From an uncultured Gammaproteobacteria bacterium (GTDB lineage Bacteria; Patescibacteriota; Patescibacteriia; Magasanikbacterales; GWA2-37-8), in assembly GCA_964478235.1 (NCBI GenBank), contig CAYZGX010000004.1, positions 4,320-68,319 on the forward strand: 64,000 nucleotides of DNA, in the 5' to 3' direction. A model generated the notes under the pieces. That model saw nothing but the letters and a program-made list of their open reading frames with translations. It was not told the DNA's origin and ran no database searches. Shown here one piece after another: positions 56,274 through 64,000 of the stretch. How positions within the stretch are numbered: position 1 is the first letter of the stretch; each line of letters starts with the position of its first letter. The position numbers and the translations under genes were made by a program.

Positions 56274-58709
56274 CTAGATTACTACACTGACCAATTTACC
56301 TTTGATATAGATAATTTTCTTTGGAGATTTGCCTTCGAGCCATTTCTGCACCTTTTCGCTCTTGAGTACTAATTCTTTGACTTGCTCTTCGGTAATATCC
56401 GCCGGAACCTCTAAGGTGTCCCGGACTTTACCGTTGATTTGTACGGCGAGAGTGAGAGTTGATTCAACTGTTAATTCAGGGCGGAACGTTGGCCAGGCTT
56501 CAAAGGTAATCGTTTTTTTGTTACCGAGCACTTTGACCCAAATTTCTTCGGCCACATGTGGCGCAAATGGCGACAAGAGTTTGGCAAAAATACCATATTC
56601 TTCTCGGCTAATCTTCTGCTCTTTGCTAAAATGGTTCACCAATTCCATCAGCTTAGCAATTGCCGTGTTGAACGACATCTTATCAATATCTTCACCGACT
56701 TTTTTAATCGTCTGGTGCATGATAACTTGTTCGTTGCTTTCTCCGTCGACTAAGGTGTCTTGTAAATTCCAAACACGGTCAATAAATCGGCGCACACCGA
56801 CGAGGCCGTTGGTGTCCCATTGCACAAATTGATCAAACGGACCCATAAACATAATGTAGGCGCGGAACGCGTCGGCACCAAACTGATCTACCATTTCATC
56901 AGGGTTGATAACATTACCGCGAGATTTACTCATCTTTTCACCATCAGGCCCGAGAATCATACCGTGACTCGTGCGTTTCTTGTACGGTTCGCGCGTTGGG
57001 ACAACTCCGATATCAAACAAAAACTGATTCCAGAAACGAGAATACAACAAGTGGAGCACAGTATGTTCCATGCCACCGTTGTACCAATCAACTGGCGACC
57101 AGTACTTGAGCTTCTCTGGTGAAGCAAAGACTTTCGTATTCTTTGGGTCGATATAACGAAGGAAATACCAGCTTGAACCAGCCCAGTTAGGCATGGTGTC
57201 GGTTTCGCGACGAGCTTTACCACCACAGCGAGGACATTTTGTGTTCACCCATGTATCCATAGCGGCGAGTGGTGACTCCCCTGTGTCGGTTGGTTCGTAT
57301 TTTTTTACTTTTGGCAATTCTAACGGCAACTCTTTTTCATCGAGCGGTATCCAGCCAGGATTCATCTCTTCGCCCTTACTTTCAAACTTTCCACTCTTAG
57401 CACAAGCTTCGCAATGAACGAGCGGAATCGGCTCGCCCCAATAACGCTGACGAGAAAAGACCCAGTCGCGAAGTTTAAAATTAACCTTGCGCTTGCCGAG
57501 TTTTTTTTCTTCGAACCAAGCGATCATTTTCTTTTTGGCATCAGTAGTTGTGAGACCGTTTAAAAATTCAGAGTTACAAGCAACACCAGTTTCAGTGAAG
57601 GCCTTGTCTTCGCTACCACCTTCAACTACTGGCTTTATTGCCAAACCAAACTTCTTCGCAAATTCAAAATCGCGTTCATCATGCGCTGGCACGCCCATAA
57701 TCGCACCGGTGCCAACACCGCCCATGACATAATTGGTAACCCAGACAGGCACTTCTTCGCCGTTGGCTGGATTAGCCACCGTGAAGCCAGCCGAGATACC
57801 AGTCTTTTCCGCTTCGTCGCGGTCAGCGGTCGCCACGCGCTCTTTCAATGTTTTTTCAATATACTCAACAATCTTCTGGTCAGCCTTCCAACCAATGCCA
57901 AGCCATTCTTTGGCGAGTTCGGCTGACACAGCGATATACGTGACACCAAAAATCGTATCTGGACGAGTGGTGAAAACAGTAATCGGATGTTCGTTTTGTC
58001 CTTTAACAAAAAACTGCACCTCTGCCCCCTCGCTTTTGCCGATCCAATTTTCCTGCTGCACGCGAGCTGGGGTGATGTAATCTACTTCTTTCAATCCTTC
58101 GAGGAGCTTATCAGCATATTTGGTAATTGCCAACATCCACTGCTCTTTGTTGCGCTGCTCAACAGCGGTACCACAACGTTCACAACAGCCTTGCACAACT
58201 TCTTCGTTGGCGAGCCCAATTTTATCTTTCGGACACCAGTTGATTGGCTGGTTTTTCTTGTAGGCCAAACCATGCTTATAGAGTTGTAAAAAAATCCACT
58301 GCGTCCATTTGAAATATTTTGGATCTGTCGTGTCAACAGCGCGCGACCAATCAAAGCCGTAGCCAAGCGAAGTCAGCTGGCGAGTAAAGTTGGCGATATT
58401 TTCGGCTGTCACCTCTTCTGGAGGGCGACCGGTCTTGATAGCGTAATTTTCTGTTGGCAAACCAAAGGCGTCAAAGCCGATTGGATATAGCACATTAAAA
58501 CCATCCATACGACGCTTGCGCGTGATGACATCCATAGCGGTAAATGGTCGAGGGTGACCCACGTGGAGCCCGGCACCAGACGGATACGGAAACTCAATCA
58601 AGCCATAAAATTTTGGCTTGGAGGAATCTTCGGCTGCTTCAAAAGTACCGTTCTTTTTCCAGTATTTTTGCCACTTTGGTTCAATATCTTTTGGCTCGTA
58701 TTTTGACAT
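56274..58709 (-). CDS. leuS: leucine--tRNA ligase
   Basis: HVGHPRPF (HIGH region), KMSKS, and the CP1 editing domain. 811 aa. Confidence 0.97.
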   Translation of the reverse strand: MSKYEPKDIEPKWQKYWKKNGTFEAAEDSSKPKFYGLIEFPYPSGAGLHVGHPRPFTAMDVITRKRRMDGFNVLYPIGFDAFGLPTENYAIKTGRPPEEVTAENIANFTRQLTSLGYGFDWSRAVDTTDPKYFKWTQWIFLQLYKHGLAYKKNQPINWCPKDKIGLANEEVVQGCCERCGTAVEQRNKEQWMLAITKYADKLLEGLKEVDYITPARVQQENWIGKSEGAEVQFFVKGQNEHPITVFTTRPDTIFGVTYIAVSAELAKEWLGIGWKADQKIVEYIEKTLKERVATADRDEAEKTGISAGFTVANPANGEEVPVWVTNYVMGGVGTGAIMGVPAHDERDFEFAKKFGLAIKPVVEGGSEDKAFTETGVACNSEFLNGLTTTDAKKKMIAWFEEKKLGKRKVNFKLRDWVFSRQRYWGEPIPLVHCEACAKSGKFESKGEEMNPGWIPLDEKELPLELPKVKKYEPTDTGESPLAAMDTWVNTKCPRCGGKARRETDTMPNWAGSSWYFLRYIDPKNTKVFASPEKLKYWSPVDWYNGGMEHTVLHLLYSRFWNQFLFDIGVVPTREPYKKRTSHGMILGPDGEKMSKSRGNVINPDEMVDQFGADAFRAYIMFMGPFDQFVQWDTNGLVGVRRFIDRVWNLQDTLVDGESNEQVIMHQTIKKVGEDIDKMSFNTAIAKLMELVNHFSKEQKISREEYGIFAKLLSPFAPHVAEEIWVKVLGNKKTITFEAWPTFRPELTVESTLTLAVQINGKVRDTLEVPADITEEQVKELVLKSEKVQKWLEGKSPKKIIYIKGKLVSVVI

Positions 58710-58834
58710 AAAAGATAATCAAGAGAATGAGTCCATTCTACCGAGAGGACGGATAAAAAGCAAGCTATAAATAAGGAAGCCCGTCTGTCGTGGAGTACGA
58801 GAGGCGGGCTAATCCCTTACGCTAGGCGTGGTGC

Positions 58835-59320
58835 CTAGTGGTACGTTACCAGATACGTGGAGCGGCGCGGGGTGTGATTACAGGAGACGACTGAAACAGC
58901 GAAGTGGTTACACTTGAGGCAGTGGTCGAAATCAATTTCTTGACCATCGACACACAGCGACTCGTCTCCCCTATTCTGTATGACCTGACTGTAGGCGGCG
59001 AGCATTTTCGGGGTGGCTTCACTAGCTGTGATGAAATGACCCGCCTTCACATGCACTTCGGCAGTCTCCTGAGGCCAATCGGCGCCATACTTGATGATTC
59101 CAAAATCGCCGACATGATCAGGGCTTTCCTGTACATAAAATTCCACTACCATTCTAGGATCAGTTTCAAGCTCTGTCTTCTTGGTGGCATATCCGCCGAT
59201 AAGGCAGAGAACCGCCAGCGCAAACGTGGCCTTCCAATTTTTGAGATCCTGATTATTATCCACGGACGACCTCCGCTTTTGGGTTGACGTACCTATGAGG
59301 GACGCTGTTATTATCGTCAT
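58835..59320 (-). CDS. hypothetical membrane-anchored protein
   Basis: The start was chosen at MTIITASLIG to avoid overlap with fpg. It has a TM helix (ATFALAVLCLIGGYA) and a C-terminal CLKCNH...SCNH. The ORF track extends to 59377. Confidence 0.4.
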   Translation of the reverse strand: MTIITASLIGTSTQKRRSSVDNNQDLKNWKATFALAVLCLIGGYATKKTELETDPRMVVEFYVQESPDHVGDFGIIKYGADWPQETAEVHVKAGHFITASEATPKMLAAYSQVIQNRGDESLCVDGQEIDFDHCLKCNHFAVSVVSCNHTPRRSTYLVTYH

Positions 59321-59355
59321 TTTTTGAGCTTTTGTCAATCCTTGGCAGTGCGCAA

Positions 59356-60276
59356 CTACTTCTGGCAATGCGGGCAAAAATGCGTCCCCCGGCCAGCGAT
59401 TTTCTTTTTATGAATCAGACCTTTTTTACAGGCCAAGCATCGTTCCCCATCGCGCTCGTAGACTTTAAGAAATCTCACAAAATTACCAGTTCGCCCGTCG
59501 CTGTCGACATAATTATTAAAAGTTGTCCCTCGCTCTTTAACAGCAAGAGCAATAATTTTTTTAGAAGCTTCAAACAAGGCGCGAATTTCAGCGGTGGTGA
59601 GGCTGTCTGTCTTTCTCCATGGCAACACGTGGGCGCGATGACAAATCTCGTCGGCATAAATATTGCCAATTCCCGCAACAACATCTTGGCGAAGAAGTAT
59701 CGCTTTGAGCACCACTGACCGGCGTTGCAACACCCCGCTTAATGCCTCTAAGGTAAACCGTTTAGTGAGCGGTTCAATACCATACGTCGCTTCAATCGCT
59801 TGCTTATCCGCCAGCGTCACCAGACGCGCATAGCCAAACCGACGCATATCGTTAAAATACAAAACACCACCGTCATTAAAATGAAAAATAATCTGAGTAT
59901 GCTTGTCAGGCAATTTCCATTCTAACGTTTCTCGATGGGCTTTGAGGCTTTTACTTGGATCTATTGCCAAAAGTGTTTGAAGTGGCGTTTGACTGTGCCC
60001 ACCAGCCAATACTTTTTTGCCTTTGGCGTAGATAAGCTGACCGGTCATTTTAAGATGTACCAGCAAATACAGCTCGGGACGACGCAAACGAAACATCAGA
60101 AGCTTCCCCACCCGCTCAATCGCTTCAATTGTATTTCCAGTCATTGCCTGGGGCAATGGTTCAGCTGACCCGCGTACTGCTTTGTCCCGGACAACGTCAA
60201 CTGCCACCACTTTTTTATGGCAGATTTTAGGCACTAAGTCGCGACGAATAGTTTCTACTTCCGGCAATTCTGGCAT
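59356..60276 (-). CDS. mutM: formamidopyrimidine-DNA glycosylase (Fpg/Nei family)
   Basis: N-terminal MPELPEVE, H2TH, and a C-terminal zinc finger (CxxC...CPHCQ). Confidence 0.88.
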   Translation of the reverse strand: MPELPEVETIRRDLVPKICHKKVVAVDVVRDKAVRGSAEPLPQAMTGNTIEAIERVGKLLMFRLRRPELYLLVHLKMTGQLIYAKGKKVLAGGHSQTPLQTLLAIDPSKSLKAHRETLEWKLPDKHTQIIFHFNDGGVLYFNDMRRFGYARLVTLADKQAIEATYGIEPLTKRFTLEALSGVLQRRSVVLKAILLRQDVVAGIGNIYADEICHRAHVLPWRKTDSLTTAEIRALFEASKKIIALAVKERGTTFNNYVDSDGRTGNFVRFLKVYERDGERCLACKKGLIHKKKIAGRGTHFCPHCQK

Positions 60277-60279
60277 AGA

Positions 60280-61521
60280 TTATTTCCACCCTCTATCTTT
60301 CATTGCTTGAGCAATGCGCTCCACCGCCAAAACGAAGGCGGCAGTACGAAGATCAATGTTGTACTTCTCTTTGTTTGCCCAGACCGAAGTGAAAGCAGCG
60401 GTCATTAATTTTTTAAGTTTACTTAAAACTTCTTCTTCCTCCCAATAATAATTCATGGCGTTTTGTACCTGTTCAAAATAGGACACCGTAACACCGCCCG
60501 CATTGGTGAGCACATCCGGAATTACCAGCACCCCTTTTTTGAATAATAATTCATCGGCTTCCGGGGTGGTTGGGCCATTGGCCAGCTCCGCAATAATTTT
60601 TGCTTGGACGCGAGGTGCGTTGTCGGCGGTAATTTGGTTTTCAAGCGCTGCTGGCACCAACACATCAACCGCCAATTCTAGCAGTTCACTATTAGAAATA
60701 GTCTTTGTCCCCGCAAAACCAAGCACGCTACCAGTAGTTTCTTTATGTTTTTCAAGCGTGTCGATAGCTAGCGCGCCACTAGCGACAATCGCCCCTTTAG
60801 AATCGCTAACAGCAACAATCTGATAACCAAGACCGCTCAAAATATGCGCCATATGACTCCCAGCATTACCAAAGCCTTGAATAGCTACTGTAGTATCACT
60901 GGCTTTTTTACCCAATTTTTTCATCGCTTCTTCGAGCACATAGACGCCGCCTTGCGCTGTCGCAAAACCACGCCCAGCCGATCCGCCGAGAGACAGTGGT
61001 TTACCGGTGATTACTCCAGGCGCATGATGCCCAACACACTTTTCATACTCATCAAGCATCCAACCCATAATTTGTGGCGTAGTGTAAACATCTGGCGCTG
61101 GAATATCTTTGGTTGGCCCAAGATGTGTGTAGAGCGCTCGAATATACCCACGAGACAACCGCTCGAGCTCCCCTGCCGATAATTCTTTTGGATTAACAAT
61201 CACCCCACCCTTGCCACCACCGAGTGGCAGATTAAGGGTGGCACATTTAATCGCCATCCAAAACGACAGAGCGGTCACTTCATCTTCCGAAACATTGGGG
61301 TGAAACCGAATACCACCTTTGTAGGGGCCACGGGCGTTGTTGTATTGGCTACGGAAACCAACAAATTCTTTGATCTCACCAGAGTCCAGGGTGACTGAGA
61401 TAGTCGTCCGATGCACAGCTTGCGGTTTTTTGAGCTGTTCAAGCAAGTGTGGAGCTAAATCAATTTTTTTCGCCGCGTTATCTAATTGTTTTAAAGCGTT
61501 TTCAAAAGCTGAGTGTGCCAT
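60280..61521 (-). CDS. gdhA: Glu/Leu/Phe/Val dehydrogenase family (glutamate dehydrogenase)
   Basis: GGGKGG catalytic lysine region plus an NAD(P) fold (GFGNAGS). Confidence 0.9.
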   Translation of the reverse strand: MAHSAFENALKQLDNAAKKIDLAPHLLEQLKKPQAVHRTTISVTLDSGEIKEFVGFRSQYNNARGPYKGGIRFHPNVSEDEVTALSFWMAIKCATLNLPLGGGKGGVIVNPKELSAGELERLSRGYIRALYTHLGPTKDIPAPDVYTTPQIMGWMLDEYEKCVGHHAPGVITGKPLSLGGSAGRGFATAQGGVYVLEEAMKKLGKKASDTTVAIQGFGNAGSHMAHILSGLGYQIVAVSDSKGAIVASGALAIDTLEKHKETTGSVLGFAGTKTISNSELLELAVDVLVPAALENQITADNAPRVQAKIIAELANGPTTPEADELLFKKGVLVIPDVLTNAGGVTVSYFEQVQNAMNYYWEEEEVLSKLKKLMTAAFTSVWANKEKYNIDLRTAAFVLAVERIAQAMKDRGWK

Positions 61522-61617
61522 ATGCGTAATACTTAGAACTAAAGGTAAGTAATCGTATACCCGACGCTTAAAAATTGCAATATAAAAAAATCCCCGCCGA
61601 AGCGAGGATTTGTCTAA

Positions 61618-61935
61618 TTACATGTGTTTTTTGATAACTTCGAGCATTTTTTCTTTCTGCACACCACCCACGATTTCATCAACGACTGAGCCGTCTTTGA
61701 ACACGAGGAAGGTGGGAATACTCATGACATTATATTCTCCAGCGACGTTAGGATTTTCATCTACGTTCACTTTGCCGACTTTGACTGTGCCAGCGAGTTC
61801 AGAAGCAATTTCATCTACATACGGGCCAGTTTGCTGGCACGGACCACACCATGGAGCCCAGAAATCTACAAAGGTCAATTGATTTGCCATTTTTACTTCG
61901 CTTTCGAAGTTGGCATCGGTAAAGACAAGCGCCAT
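61618..61935 (-). CDS. trxA: thioredoxin
   Basis: WAPWCGPCQ active site. 105 aa. Confidence 0.93.
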   Translation of the reverse strand: MALVFTDANFESEVKMANQLTFVDFWAPWCGPCQQTGPYVDEIASELAGTVKVGKVNVDENPNVAGEYNVMSIPTFLVFKDGSVVDEIVGGVQKEKMLEVIKKHM

Positions 61936-61946
61936 ATATCTTTTAA

Positions 61947-63974
61947 TTATTTTTGTAAGATAAGTTTTTTAATTTTTTCTTCTTCTTTATAAGCTTCGAG
62001 CACGTCGCCAACTTCCAACTTCATCTTACCTTCAAATTGGAGACCACATTCGTTGCCTTGCGGGATTTCGTTCATAGACTGCTTGCCTGATTGAAGCGCC
62101 GGGATTTTACCAACAGCAATAATTTCACCGTTGCGTTTCACCCGAGCTTTACAACCTTTGGACAATTTACCAGATTCTACCCGACCACCAACAATCATGC
62201 TGGAGCGTTCGGTGCGGAAGATGGCTAAGATTTTGAAAATACCAAGTTCAGTCGTAATAATTTCCGCAGTCAACAATTTTTCGAGCTCAACTTTTACCTT
62301 GTCGAGGAGATCGTAGATAATAGTATACTGGTAGAACGGCACTCCTGTCGACTGGATCATTTCCAACGAGTTTGGCGAAGTGTTCACACTAAAGCCAAAG
62401 ATCATACCGCCAGCAGTGTGAGCACGAGAAACGTCATCGGCGGTAATGTTACCGAGCCCTTTGCCGATAATTTTAATTGCCACTTCTTCGGTTTTGATAG
62501 ATTCAAGCGAGCCAATAAGCGCTTCAAGCGAACCGAGGGTGTCGGCTTTGACCACGATATTGAGCGTCTTTTTCTGAGCATCTTCGTCAGTGTCAGTTTT
62601 GGCAACAGAAACAGTTTGTTTTTCAGCACCAGTTTGAATAGATTTTTTATTGCGCACATCCACCTGCTCAGCTGTGCCAGCTTTACTCACATCGAGCACG
62701 TCGCCCACTTGAGGCGCCAATTTGAAACCGAGAATACGGACAGGACAACTTGGAGGAGCTTCTTGAATCGCTTCGCCACGATGATTTTTGAGCGCGCGTA
62801 CTTTACCGTAAACTTCACCGTTGATAACCAGCGGATCGTTGACGCGAAGTGTACCGGTCTGCACCAAAATGGTAGCGACAGGGCCAGCGCCTTTGTCTAC
62901 GTGAGCTTCGATGACTGTGCCAGCAGCTCCGCGAGCTGGATCGGCTTTGATAGCGTCGGCGTGTACATCAGCGAGCACCAAAATGGTATCTAAAATTTTA
63001 TTAATATTTTTATTTTCTTTTGCTGAAATTTCTACTACCGGAACATCGCCACCCCAATCTTCGGGAATAACGTTATGGGTGCCGAGGTCAGAGCGAACAC
63101 GTTGCACGTCAGCGCCCGGTTTATCAATTTTGTTGATAGCTACTAAAAATGGCAATTTAGCCGCTTTAATAATATTAATCGCTTCAACTGTCTGAGGTTT
63201 GACACTGTCATCAGCTGCGACCACGAGAATAGCAATATCAGCAACTTTCGCACCGCGACTACGCATAACCGTGAACGCTTCGTGACCCGGAGTATCAATA
63301 AAAGTCAAAGGAGAATGGACTTTGGTTTTTGGATTCACCCAATCAACTTGGTAGGCACCAATATGCTGCGTAATACCACCGGCTTCGCCAGCCATCACGT
63401 TGGTGTTGCGAATTGCATCGAGTAGTTTTGTTTTACCGTGGTCAACGTGGCCCATTACCACTACCACTGGTGGGCGAAGAGTCGTTGCGCCTGTGGCGAG
63501 CACACTTTCAAGACCGGCCAAATGACTGTCTTGCATAGCAGTGTCGACAGCTCCCACAACTTCTTCTTGGACAGTAAACCCAAGATCTTGAGCGATCAAG
63601 ACAGCTGTATCATGATCAATATTTTCATTTTGCGCTGCCAAGATACCGCTCTTCATAAGCTCCACAATCACCTTGTTGACTGGAATCTGTAAGCGTTCGG
63701 CAAATTCGCGCACGGTCAAAATTGACGGGATGACAACAGTCACACCAGTCGTTTTGCGCATTTCTTTTTCTAATTCTTTTTGTTTATCTTTTTCTTCCTG
63801 CTCACGACGCTCCATCATGAATTTGATACGTTTCCAATCGCGTTGAATTTGTTGTGCGACGCGATCATCAATCTTCACTGCTCGGGCACCGATATCAAAA
63901 CCAAACTCCGGCAAGATTTGGAGGAGCTTCTGAGGGTGGATTTTTAGCTGTCGAGCCAGTTCGGAGACGTTCAT
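61947..63974 (-). CDS. infB: translation initiation factor IF-2
   Basis: G domain (GHVDHGKT, DTPGH, NKID) plus C-terminal beta-barrel domains. 675 aa. Confidence 0.95.
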   Translation of the reverse strand: MNVSELARQLKIHPQKLLQILPEFGFDIGARAVKIDDRVAQQIQRDWKRIKFMMERREQEEKDKQKELEKEMRKTTGVTVVIPSILTVREFAERLQIPVNKVIVELMKSGILAAQNENIDHDTAVLIAQDLGFTVQEEVVGAVDTAMQDSHLAGLESVLATGATTLRPPVVVVMGHVDHGKTKLLDAIRNTNVMAGEAGGITQHIGAYQVDWVNPKTKVHSPLTFIDTPGHEAFTVMRSRGAKVADIAILVVAADDSVKPQTVEAINIIKAAKLPFLVAINKIDKPGADVQRVRSDLGTHNVIPEDWGGDVPVVEISAKENKNINKILDTILVLADVHADAIKADPARGAAGTVIEAHVDKGAGPVATILVQTGTLRVNDPLVINGEVYGKVRALKNHRGEAIQEAPPSCPVRILGFKLAPQVGDVLDVSKAGTAEQVDVRNKKSIQTGAEKQTVSVAKTDTDEDAQKKTLNIVVKADTLGSLEALIGSLESIKTEEVAIKIIGKGLGNITADDVSRAHTAGGMIFGFSVNTSPNSLEMIQSTGVPFYQYTIIYDLLDKVKVELEKLLTAEIITTELGIFKILAIFRTERSSMIVGGRVESGKLSKGCKARVKRNGEIIAVGKIPALQSGKQSMNEIPQGNECGLQFEGKMKLEVGDVLEAYKEEEKIKKLILQK

Positions 63975-64000
63975 GGAAGAGGTTTTAGAAAGTGTATAAC

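Noticed and set aside
59356-59377. ORF track start MPALPEV... at 59377 resembling the Fpg N-terminus MPELPEVE
   Set aside because: It lies in a different frame over the 3' end of fpg and would force a 22-nt overlap. It is coincidental, so the downstream ATG at 59320 was preferred.
51192-63974. nusA and infB not adjacent (they usually form the nusA-infB operon)
   Set aside because: Gene-order rearrangements are common in reduced genomes. Both genes are intact, so the separation alone carries little information.

Overview
This 64 kb window looks like a compact bacterial chromosome segment, about 90% coding and mostly transcribed on the minus strand. The gene content is consistent with a reduced-genome CPR/Patescibacteria (Saccharibacteria-like) organism; this is an inference from gene content, not a computed placement. 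That content includes an arginase-family fragment, NrnA, ComFC, a split ComEC, TspO, a Gram-positive-type VirB3/VirB4/VirB6/VirB8-like cluster, giant Cys-rich surface proteins and thrombospondin-type-3-like repeat proteins. Housekeeping genes recognised from their translations are rpsP, smc, nrnA, clpP, hsp20, an ABC-F ATPase, rsmA/ksgA, tsaC(yrdC), prfB, groES-groEL (with a CIRCE operator), yidC, nusA, leuS, fpg, gdh, trx and infB. Five tRNAs are present (Asn-GTT, Phe-GAA, Pro-TGG and two Ser-type class II tRNAs). One of the Ser-type tRNAs has the unusual anticodon loop TTACTAA, formally anticodon ACT. Several near-consensus sigma70 promoters (cTTGACAaaa, 17 bp, TATAMT) and many intrinsic terminators are readable. 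The main unusual signals are as follows. (1) A roughly 10 kb minus-strand operon encodes a conjugation-type secretion machine: a VirB6-like giant membrane protein, two unknown proteins, a VirB3-like protein, a VirB4 encoded as two translationally coupled ORFs and a VirB8-like protein. The operon ends in comFC, no relaxase or coupling protein is visible, and a 2626-aa Cys-rich secreted protein and a split ComEC lie nearby. (2) At least five short, visibly GC-rich islets (about 3.97-4.80 kb, 11.27-11.44 kb, 31.06-32.10 kb, 44.96-45.30 kb and 45.36-45.90 kb, possibly also 58.8-59.3 kb) sit on an AT-richer background. Each carries small domain-less ORFs with strong GGAGG Shine-Dalgarno sequences, its own strong host-type promoter and its own terminator. 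Two of the islets are closed by near-identical GTAC-cored bidirectional terminator hairpins. (3) A promoter-to-terminator unit of about 340 nt with no ORF lies at 8028-8367 and is a candidate structured sRNA. (4) A 25-codon mini transcription unit lies downstream of tRNA-Asn. No CRISPR array, no rRNA and no obvious transposase or integrase were found.
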